Origin: the human T2T-CHM13v2.0 reference genome, Homo sapiens
DNA length: 64,000 nucleotides
Strand: one strand, 5' to 3'
NCBI RefSeq assembly: GCF_009914755.1
Contig: NC_060942.1
Shown: positions 42,867 to 53,963 of the stretch, one piece after another
Layout: every line of letters starts with the position of its first letter
Position numbering within the stretch: the stretch's first letter is position 1
Program-made: the position numbers and the translations under genes
The notes under the pieces: generated by a model
What the model saw: only the letters and a program-made list of their open reading frames with translations
Told to the model about the DNA's origin: nothing
Databases searched by the model: none

Positions 42867-45332
42867 TAGAAGTTGACAAGCATGTATCATTCAAATGTTA
42901 TATTTTGCTTATATATTAACATGCTTTTTCTTCAAATAAATGTTTTACTTGAAAATTAAACAAATGAAAATGGGTAACATTTATTGTGCTTTTGTGAAAT
43001 AATATGGTGATCTTATTTAGAGATAATATATTTTATATTCAGCAGCAACATTGCTAATTTTTAAAACTAATGTTTAAATATGAACATATTTTAGGGACTA
43101 AACAAAAAAACCAGCTTGAATTAGATAAAATAAAAGTGAGTCAACTGTGAGCCTATAATAAAGGCATTGGTATATCTTACGAAAAATAAGGATAGACATT
43201 CCATTGGGATCAGAAATCAAATATCAGATTCTGTCACGTTTTTTCTTTTTTTGTCTCTCCATGCTGCTCTTTATCCATCTGTATAATTTATAATTTGTGT
43301 TGCTATTTTACTCCATTTTAAAATGTATTACTTAACTGCTGTCCGAAGTTCCTAGAAAGAAGAAAAATGGTTACATAAATAGCTGTTTATTATATATCCT
43401 CAGAGCATTCTACTGAGTTGGTATATTAGGCCTGTTTCTCAGCTTTTCCTAGAGATGGATGGTTATTGGTTTAGATTGTGTCTGCTGACCACAGGCAAAC
43501 CAACAAAACATGTGCAAAAACTTCTGCCCTACTATCTTATTGTGAGGCTCCCATGATAGTTGTGAGGGTAGGAGGGTATGGGCAGTTTTCTAAAAAGCAG
43601 TGGGGACATGCTGGACAGTTAAAGCAATAAATGTCAGCAATCTAGTAATGCCTGTGCTTAACCACCACCTAGCTTCTCAAATTAGTTGTTTGTACTAGGT
43701 ACTGGAGCATCTATATTTATATGTGTCTATATCTATACCTATACCTATTTGGTCAATTTACTCATATTTGACCAATTTACTCCAGTGAAGGAAACCTTAG
43801 CATCATCAAATCATAATATATGTTATTCCTCAGAATATTTCGTGGTTTGACTTCTTAAAGTCAAGCTTATTATATCACAAGTGTTATATTTTGAATAAGA
43901 ACAAATGGTTGTTAAAGAAACCTGAGAAATTCTTTAATAAAATGCAAAATAGTCAAATATATATCTCCCAATTTTGAAAGCTTTTATATAGCATTTATAT
44001 AGTATTAGAGCATCCAAAAACAATTTATAAAAAGCTTTTTTAAATTATTTTTAATATCGAGAAACATACTAAGGATTATTACATAAATTTAAATAATATT
44101 TATATAAAGTCTTCAATGTCTCTTATTTTATTAGCAAAGTAAACTCATTGTATATGAAATTGTTATTCTAGCAAAAGCCTAAATATTTTGTAATAAGAGT
44201 TAAATACTAAATTTCTCTTTGTGCAATTTCAGTTGGGTAACTGTCTCTGACATACATGTTTCATTCTAAAATCAATTTAAGTAATGTGGATATTCTGATT
44301 TTTCCTATTACCTCCATGGTTTTGGACAGAATATAAAAGTTAATTGATTGTAAAAATTGAAATGCATCTCTTCCTTCTGTAGCTTTCTTGAAGTTTGCCT
44401 GTTCCTCAACTGATCAATGTTTATTTTTCAAAGGCATGTTATTAGAATTTTTGTGTTGACTTTTATAGTTTTAATGATGTCGTAGAATGTCCGATTATTC
44501 AAACCATAAGCACTGGAAACACCGTGTCTCAAGTGCTTTCTGTAAGGCGACATTATGAATTTGCAGTGGCTACCTTTTGACTACATGGTTTCTGCTGCCT
44601 CTTTGGTTTGGACTTCAGTAGAAGTGAATTGATGAATGAAAGCAGGGGAAAGGAATAAAATATTTCTTTATCAGGTGGCACACAAGAAGCAGAATGGTGG
44701 AATTTATGTTGAAATGTGAAGTAGCAGTGGCTACTGCAGTTATATGTGGTTACTGTGGCTGGTGGTTGCAGGGTTCCATATAGACATAATTTTCTAAAAT
44801 ATTAATTTTCTACTGTCTTATTCCAGACTTACAGAGTTTCTTGGAAGTATCTCTAGGCATCCCAGTGGCAAGTATGGGGAAAATGAGGAAGTGAGGGTAG
44901 TGAGCTCCAAATAGTTCTCCCCGCTGTAATTGGAACATTCTTTGATTTCCCTGCTTGGTATACTAGACTTCAGACTTTGTAAGGAAGAAATTTATTGTTG
45001 CTAAAAGTACCTAAGGAAAACAATCTATTGAAATATTTTTCTATAATCTTTTAGTTATTTTTTAACATCTCATACAGTTGGCAGCAATTGGACTAGAAAT
45101 AACCCAACATAAATACAAATAAATTTTGAAGCAAATCCTGTGGCTTTAAAGATTATTGTATATAACTTACCGAAAGAATGTTGTATAAGCAACTTTAAAT
45201 AAATATCTTTACTTGTATTCATTTATATATTTTATAAATAATAAAGATAATAATTAACAATATGTTAAATTTAAGAAAAGATGAAAAGAGACACGCTAAA
45301 AACCAAGGAACTGATCTTGTTTAAGAAAATAT

Positions 45333-45666
45333 TCTAGAGGATGAGAAGGGTATGGGTGAAGGGAGGCAGAGGTTGGTTAGTGGATACAAAATTACAGCTG
45401 GATAGGAGGAATGAGTTCTGATGTTCTGTGGCACTATAGGGTAACCATAGTGAGCAATGATTTATTTATATTTTCAAATAGCTAGAAGAGAGGATTTCAA
45501 ATATTCTGAACACAAAGAAATGATAACTATTTGAGATGATGGATATGCTAATTACCCTGATCGTTATACATTGTATACATGAAACAAAATATCTCTCTGT
45601 ACCCCATAAATATCTACAATTATTATACATCAATAAAATAAAATATGAAGTAAAAAGGCAAAAAAA
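45333..45666 (+). mobile_element. L1MA4/5-like 3' end
   Basis: ggatacaaaattacagctggataggaggaatgagttctg...ttcaaatagctagaagagaggattt...gatgatggatatgctaattaccctgat...gtaccccataaatat. Confidence 0.9.
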
Positions 45667-47419
45667 TTGTAAAGGAAAACAGAAAGCTTCCCTATCTCAG
45701 GAACTGAGTGGATGAAATGCCAGCTATTTCAGATACCTCCTTTATAGTTCTGCTCTGGTATTGAAGTCTCATTGAGGTAATTTTCCTGTAATATGTAAGT
45801 TGCTATGGAAGAGAGCGCAGCACTGTGGCTCTGAACAGCAGAAAATACCATGTGCGCAGCTGACACAGAACAGCAGGTCTCTAGTATACAGATGATTCAT
45901 AAATTAAATTTAAAGGCACAGAGGGGCATCATCAAGAGTGTTTGCTAAGTGCTCAAGCTCTGTAGGAAATCATGCAAAGAAAACAACTATGGAGCCTGAG
46001 GGCCTTTCCAAAGAGAAGACATCTACTTGGAGAAACAAGACAGTAGGAGCTCTGACATGTAGACCACGAGAGGCAAAGATTCAGGCAAAGGAGGGGAAGA
46101 AATTCAAATGAGTTGCTAAGTTCTCCTAGAATTTTCCTCTGCTGCTTTACAAAAAAGCAGAAGGCCAAGATGATTATTCATTTGAATTTCATTCAAAATA
46201 AAAAGTATTTGAAAATCTTGTTTTTACATTCAAATTGTGATGACCCAGAAAAGCAAGAAACTTTGATTTTTGTTGTTTGTTTGTTTTGCTTTTCTCTTTG
46301 TCCCAGAAACAGGGGAAACTTTTTTTAAAAAAGGAATTTAGTAAACTTTCATCAAAGTTTTAAAAAAAAACAAAGTGAAGAGGGCAGCCGTAGGCCTTGA
46401 AATAACAACAATGAAGAACCAGTAGTTTCTTTAAGTCAAATCAGGAAAGTATGAGAATTTTTTTAAAAAGCCTTTTCCCGTGAAATAGATTTGAAACAAA
46501 CATGAGAGTATCAAGAGAAAAGAGAAGTCACTGGACAAGCAATAATTGATGGTGTCATTGGTAGCCAAATACAACAGAACAAAAGATGGAGCAATATATT
46601 CAAGGATGTCCCTTGTGTGATGGAAACCCAACTGTGGCGCCCCCTGACCCCGAAACATTACCAGGTGCTCATCTCTGGAGGAACCACATGTTCAAAACAT
46701 GACCTAGCCAAGGGCTAACCTCAGAGCCACCTCTCACACTGGGGGCAGCACTGAGCGGAGACCTCAGGGCTCACCTCACCTGCCCATCCGGTTTGAGCCT
46801 TGAACTAGTCTACCTCCCATCCATACCTCACAAAGATCATGTCTGATTGTGGTTCTTTAAGGATGGACTCTTGGGCTGGTATTTTCTATTTTAAAAGGAA
46901 GATAAAAGACCATTGTATAATCTGGGAATTGTAAAACACAGACCTCCTGGATAACATTTTAAATGAGAAGCACTATCAATTTGGATAGAAGAAAAGGGAG
47001 AAGGTATGCTCTCTCCACAATAAATTGATGTTTATATTATAAACAGTTAAAAAAGTAAGGAAAATATATAAATATACTAACACTTAAGTGTTAGTAGACC
47101 AAAAAAAATGTTTTTATTAGAAATGAGATTCTGCAAACTATAGACCAGTGAGTTTAAAGTACGTCAAAGTGTAAACTGTTTCAAGTGAATGGTCTCTGAG
47201 CACTTACAACAAATGATTGCTAGAAATCAAAACAGATTTAATTAGAATGATTACTGCAGATTAATCTCATTTTAAATTACTTTATGACTAGTGGAATGGT
47301 AGTCCAACAGACTATTATAGAGTTTGAATACCTAAACTACAGCGAAGTTCAAAAATCTTACTTTTTTATAAAGAGAAATGAACTATATGCCCAGATATTT
47401 AGAAAATGAACACGGATCC

Positions 47420-47791
47420 CCATGGAATACTATGCAGCCATGAAAAATGATGAGTTCATGTCCTTTGTAGGGACACGGATGAAGCTGGAAACCATCATTC
47501 TCAGCAAACTATCTCAAAGATGAAAAACCAAACACCGCATGTTCTCACTCATATGTGGGAATTGAACAATGAGAACACTTGGACACAGGGTGGGGAACAT
47601 CACACACCAGGGCCTGTTGAGGGGTCGGGGGACGGGGGAGGGATAACATTAGGAGATATACCTAATGTTAAATGACAAGTTAATGGGTGCAGCACACCAA
47701 CATGACACATGTATACATATGTAACTAACCTGCATGTTGGGCACATGTACCCTGAAACTTAAAGTATAATTAAAAAAAAAAAGAAAGAAAA
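47420..47791 (+). mobile_element. L1PA4/5-like 3' end with poly(A)
   Basis: ccatggaatactatgcagcc...gagaacacttggacacagggtggggaacatcacacacc...catgtaccctgaaacttaaagtataattaaaaaaaaaaag. Confidence 0.95.
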
Positions 47792-47969
47792 ACATCCAGA
47801 AATCATAAACAAATACATAAATATTTTTTAGTATGCAACATGCATTTCCAAGATATTTCCCTCTCTGTGTGTTGGATAACTTATGTAAATTATATATACT
47901 GTTTTAAATATAAATTAGCTTTTGGTATATGTTTAGTTTTGGTTCTTTTTTTTCAAGTAACATTATTTT

Positions 47970-48457
47970 GTAAGCATTTCCCCATGTTACTAATTTTTTT
48001 TAAAGTATAGTTATGTCTGCAAAATATTTCATGTATGTCTGCATTATAATGTAGTCACCCATGATTCTACTGACCATTGAATTTCCCCAGTTTTGCTTTT
48101 ATAAATAATTTTATTATTAACATTGTGGTCAATTTCTCTGGTTATTTCCTTAGAACTTATTGATAGAAGTGCTGGGTGCGGTGGCTCACCCCTGTAATCC
48201 CAGCACTTTGGGAGGCCGAGGTGGGTGGATCATGAGGTCAGGAGATCGAGACCACCCTGGCTAACACGGTGAAACCCCGTCTCTACTAAAAATACAAAAA
48301 ATTAGCTGGGCCTGGTGGCGGGCGCCTGTGGTCCCAGCTACTCAGGACACTGAGGCAGGAGAATGGCGTGAACCTGGGAGGCGGAGCTTGCAGTGAGCCG
48401 AGATCCGAGATCGTGCCACTGCATTCCAGCCTGGGTGACAGAGGGAGACTCCGTCTG

Positions 48458-48488
<31 letters not shown>

Positions 48489-48650
48489 AAAAGCCAAGAA
48501 CTTATTGATAGAAGTGAAATTTATGCAGTAGGAATAATTTAAGCCACTTGATTGATGTTGGCAAATTACTTTCCAAAGTTTGTAGTCATATTTACTCATA
48601 TTAGTAATGTACAAAAGTACCTTTCTCACTGCACCCACATTAGCATTTAG
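47970..48650 (-). mobile_element. Old L1MC/ME fragment hosting the AluY
   Basis: catttcccatgtt...ttatttccttagaacttattgatagaagtg[Alu]aaatt...gcaaattactttccaaagtttgtag. Confidence 0.6.
48171..48496 (+). mobile_element. AluY with a 7-bp internal duplication and (AAAAC)n tail
   Basis: AluY diagnostics ggagatcgagacc, ctaacacggtg, gaatggcgtgaacc and gcggagcttgc. ccgagat is duplicated at 48398-48411. TSD agaacttattgatagaagtg (48152-48171 / 48497-48516). Confidence 0.96.
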
Positions 48651-49194
48651 AAGGATATATTTCTAAACCAGTAATGCACTTGACACAGTCTTTAATTAGA
48701 CCCATAAGGAATGTGGTCTAGATCATAATGTACACAGGATAACACAAAACTGTTCCTTGTGCCTCCTGTAAGAGCATAGTTATGATCTTAAATCCCTGAA
48801 TACAGGGTCTACTACTGTAGACTCATGAAAATATTTGGGAAAACATTTAGAAAATGTAGGATATTCCTGCCACTTGTATCTCCTTTACACAGAGTAGGAT
48901 ATTGGCTGGAAACCTCCAGGTAGATTTTTGTCTTTGTGAATTTAGCAGAAGGAGAGACTATAAATATAACTTTCTTGTAGACAAGATGTAGTCTGAACAG
49001 TCTAATCTATGCTTCCCTGAGATAAAATATGGTACCCCTACCGTGATTTTCCATGGGTGACTTTATGTATTCCCAAAATGATGATGAGAGGTGTTGAGTG
49101 CATTAATTGTCCTGGTACCAGCTGCATGGGTGATTCTGAGACTCGCAAAGGTAGCTTTTTCAAGAGACAGAACCGTTTCCTAAGTAATTATTTT

Positions 49195-49292
49195 AAAAAA
49201 GTATTTATATACTGTTTGCCACATGCTTGTTTATGTTTAACTGCTTTATATGTGGTTATTTACTTAATCCCCAAAGAACCCTAAGGGGTATA
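49195..49292 (-). mobile_element. MIR fragment
   Basis: tgctttatatgtggttatttacttaatccccaaagaaccctaagggg. Confidence 0.55.
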
Positions 49293-49297
49293 TGGAC

Positions 49298-49480
49298 CTA
49301 GAGATAGAGACTGAGACAGAGAGAGTTAGAGATAAAGACAGAGAGAAAAATAGACTTATAGAGATAGAGATATGGCGAGAGTGTTAGAAAGAGACAGAGA
49401 GAGACAAATAGAGTTAGAGATGGAGCCTGAGAGAGAGAGTTAAAGATAGAGATACAGATTATTGAGAGAGAGAGAAACAG
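49298..49480. repeat. GA-rich low-complexity repeat
   Basis: agagatagagactgagacagagagagttagagataaagacagagag...gagagagagaga. Confidence 0.85.
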
Positions 49481-49989
49481 CGACACATACTGGACACAAA
49501 CATTTAAGAAAGTAGCCCTTTTTGGAAGTTTTGATTAATGCCAGATGTGAAGTAATTTCCAGGGCCTATCCTGGTTAAGGCAGAGGGATCAGACAGGCAG
49601 AGAGAATAGGCTGCCTTACATGGAACATTCTTCTTCTAGCAGAGTGAGTACAACGGTGTCTGCCCATCTCTACCTTGGTTGGTGTTTAAGGGTTTAGCCA
49701 ATTGTTATTTTGCTCTGAGTGATTTAATGCCTTCCAGTCTGTTTCTCCTTATTTCCTGTGGAATTTACAAGTGTGCTTTTAACATTTTTTCTCTTTCTCA
49801 AGCTCCTAATATGTATACTTTGCAAGAACAGTGAAGTAAAAATATACAGCAACACAGAGATCCAGCAAAAGCCACGATTATTGAACCTTTACTGCAGCAA
49901 TAAACACGCCTTGGTTCTCAGGGTTTGCCTAAACATTTACATCTTGCTCCCTTTACAAGGGGATGTGGGTAGCTGTGGTTAATCTCACA

Positions 49990-50220
49990 AGGTAGAGGGA
50001 AAAGCTAGGATGGAGGCAGGAGGAGAAGTAAGCAAGTCCTACAGAGCTTTCAAAAATGGCAAACACATCAAGCTTCCACTGTATGTGGTGTACACACCAT
50101 CTCCCACAGCCCATTGGTCAAAGTGCAACACACAAGCCAACCCAAGTCAAATGGCCAGGGTGGAGGGCCCACCCTGAGATAAGGTGAGCCAGGTATGGTG
50201 GCTAGGACATCAGTACTTAA
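49990..50220 (-). mobile_element. MLT1 (H/I/J-like) LTR fragment
   Basis: cccacagcccattggtcaaagtgcaacacacaagccaacccaagtcaaatgg resembles MLT1 ccattggccaaagcaagtcacatggccaagcccaaagtcaa. Confidence 0.5.
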
Positions 50221-50665
50221 CTACGTCCAGGTGTTTTCTCCATGGAACATAAACTTTCTAAAGGGAAAATTTAAGAACTAATTGCCTGCATTGATTTTCT
50301 AGCTCTCTGCTGGTGAGGTTTCTGTGTTGCTTTCATTGCCCGTATATCTGACAGCCCATAGTTTTGGGAGCGACATCCAAAGAGCTCCACTGGCAGGGCC
50401 TGGTAACTGCTTCTGACCTTATCTCCACCATCCTTTATCCTGGTCTCAGGCAGAGATGTTTGTCAGTGATGACATCCAATTATAAATGCAACCACATTAC
50501 TAAAGAAGCAGCAGTTTGTATTCTTTACCATAATACAAAAGCCTCACTACTTGTATGTTCCCAAGAAAAACACTGTGACATTTCATCCATCTAATTATTT
50601 TACAGAAGGAACACTGTAATATGGACAAAGTTAAAAATTTCATTTCCCCCTTACTATACTGATGA

Positions 50666-51025
<360 letters not shown>

Positions 51026-52169
51026 AACATAGCCAACGTAGGATGCTATTTGTGTAAAATGCTCTAATTTGCTGATATCATTTAGCGTTTCAATAATTAT
51101 TCCTCATTGTATTTTAATTCTACAGATATATTAAAGCCTTTAATATATCTTTAAATTGGCACTAAGCATAATCTCACTTCCTTTTTTTTTTTCTTCTCAA
51201 TACAACCATCAGGTCCGGCTTGTTCAGAGCAAGTCCTCTTCAGCAGCTTCTACTGGGCCATTATCTGTCAAAACGTTTGTTGTTTCTTCAGTTCCTAAGT
51301 GTTAGGTTCATCCCACCCAAGATCTAGTTCTAAACCCATCATTCCAATATTGCAGTACACAGTGAATATAGAAGCATGTAACAGTCACCTTGTAAGTTAG
51401 GATGAAACCAAATTCCGAAATTTAAAAAGCCAATCCCGGCTACTTCTCAATATACATTTTTCCAAGGTTAACAGAATCTTTGTATTTTTTTAATCTTGCT
51501 CCATCATTTCAGTCAACCTGGAAAATGTCTTCTTTTTCTACATTACATGTCTACCTAACCAGAACCCTTGATTTTAGAACAGACTGCTTTTTCCTCCACA
51601 TTAATTGCAACTGGAAAAACTTTCTAATGGGTAGCTAAACTGAAATATTTGGTGATTATCAAATTAGAAATTCTAGAAAAACTTCTGTTCTACAGCGTGG
51701 TCGTTTTTTACAAGTATTGGGTAGTGTTTCCCAGTCAAAACAAAAATAAATATTTTCAAACACTAGTATTTTGGAACTTCAACAAAAACTGCTTCTCTTT
51801 TCTTCTAGAGTCCTGTGATGTTATGAGAAAAATGATTTGAAAATGAGCTTGAGGTTTCAGCCCTGGAGGCCTGAACAGACGAGCTGGCTGTGGCTAGTCA
51901 CTCCCCCACCAGCCTTGGCCGTGCACTCATGCCATTCAGCAGGTAGAATGAGATCCAAAGTCTGGTTTTCCTTCTGTCTCTGAACACACTTGTCAACTAC
52001 ATTTATTGTATTTTAACTATTGTAGGGTTTTAATAAGCGTTTTTTGGCATTTGGATTTGGGATACTTTTATTAACATTTTTCTTACCTCCTGATGTCCAT
52101 TATGATGTTCCAGAAACATGAGGGTCTATGATTTTACTCTACTTTCCAGTCTCAAAGTTAGTCTGTAAC

Positions 52170-52765
52170 AATGTTAATGATATTATTAGAAGACAGAAGA
52201 CATGAGATTCTTAGATCAGAGACAAATGACTTCATCATGAATGTCACAGCAGACAGCATCGGCATCAGCATAGTCAATTCCTCCTGTCTTCAAGTCTCTG
52301 TGGGGCAATGGTAATGGTCCCAGATGGAAGCCTCCAAGGCGGTAGGTTACATTACTGAATATGATTCCTTGAGCTTCTAGTGAACCCATCAGCCAAATGG
52401 TTAAAACATAGTACCAAATAGGTAGTTTTTCAACCCTCACTCCCCTTCCAATCTCCCCTCTTTTGGAATTGCTAGTCTGTTATTTCCATCTTTATTTACA
52501 TGTGTGCTCACTGTTTAGCTCCCACTTATAAGTGAGAACATGACATATTTGAGTTTCTATTTCTGAGTTATTTCACTAAGATAATGGCTTCCAGCTCCAC
52601 CCATGTTGTTGCAAAGGACTTGGTTCCATACTTTTTTATGACTACACAGTGTAGCCTGTAAGTTACTTGAGGGCAATAGTAATGCTCAAACATTACTGGC
52701 TTCTCAGTTGTTACTCAGGATACACATTAACCATCAATAAGTAATTAATTCCTAGCTACTGCACA
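52170..52765 (-). mobile_element. ERVL-class LTR (MER54/MER74-like), interrupted by an L1PB fragment
   Basis: gatcagagacaaatgacttcat...acagcagacagcat...caagtctctgtggggcaatgg...cccagatgga resembles this family as I recall it. Boundaries are uncertain. Confidence 0.45.
52369..52650 (-). mobile_element. L1PB3/4 3' UTR fragment lacking the terminal segment and poly(A)
   Basis: gcttctagtgaacccatc...catagtaccaaataggtagtttttcaaccc...tttagctcccacttataagtgagaacatg...gcaaaggac. Confidence 0.88.
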
Positions 52766-53931
52766 ATCCCGGGTATAGTTATACCGAGATGGTATAGTTG
52801 TACTGAGATGTGTTTTAGATAGCTCAATAGTCTTTTGATTTCTACAAATGCTCTGGGTTTGCCTTCTGCTATACTGCAAAATGAGTTTTATATTTACCAC
52901 ATAGCATTTATTTCTTGCCAACCCAGCACAGATATATCACCCAAATTAAGCTAAACTACTCCCAGTCACAATTTTGTAACAAAAATGCATCCTCAGTGCA
53001 TAACACAACACCTAGTATCAATGATTATTTGTTAAAGTTAAGAAAGAAAAGAAGGTAACAAAAAGGGAGGGAAGAAGTAAAAAAGGGAAGTAGAATAAGG
53101 GAAGGAAGAAGTGAGAAAAGGAGAAGAGAACGTGTTTGCCTGTGTCTGCCTGAAATTCACAATAATTACCAAATAATTTTTTGGTTGGTATTTGCTTTTG
53201 TGTTGAGAGTTAAATATTATTCAGAAGTTGTCCTTTAACCAAACACACAAAAAATAAAGTTTGTAATCCTGAAAATATTCTAGCAAATGAAATAATGGTT
53301 TTAGTTTTAAAAGGAAAAATTTATCAAAACAACTTTGTATATCAGAAGTTCAATCCATAATTGAATAGAGATGTTTATAAATCCATGTATAGTAACCTTG
53401 AAAATGGTAATGAGACTTGCTATTTGAGCTCACTGAAGCTGAGCGAAAATTTCCAGTTACCTTTTGCAAATGTGTATTTTTGTTTATAGACGCTTGAATA
53501 AAATTGGAGTCAATATCATAGACACTAGGTGAAAATGTACACATCTCTTATGGGCTTTACTGATTAAAAAGAGCAAAGAAGTGAAGAAGAATAAAAATAT
53601 GATCAGAATACACAGGGAATAGAAAGACAAAGATAATGAGAAATAATTTAATAAGGAGGGCAAAAAACCTATCTTCTAACAGATTGTTTTTCTTGCATAA
53701 GAAGCTGAATTTATTGGATGTAAGTAATAATTAAATAAATTAATAAAATCCTGGCAATTTGACAAACTGAGGTCCTATGGAAGGAATTTACTTCTTTCAT
53801 AAATGCACAGAAAAGAATGAATAAAATATCCCTCCAAAATTATACTTTAAAACGATATAATTCTTCACTGGTTAATTAAAGAAGAAATAAAAATATTCAG
53901 ATAACATAAACCCAGTTAATTACCCACAAAA

Positions 53932-53963
53932 TTATATATATATGACATATATATATATATATG
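53932..53963. repeat. (TA)n microsatellite
   Basis: ttatatatatatgacatatatatatatatatg. Confidence 0.75.

Noticed and set aside
45795-45835. REST/RE1-like site (cagcactgtgg), also ttcagcac near 25753
   Set aside because: Only the left half matches; the GGACAG right half is missing.
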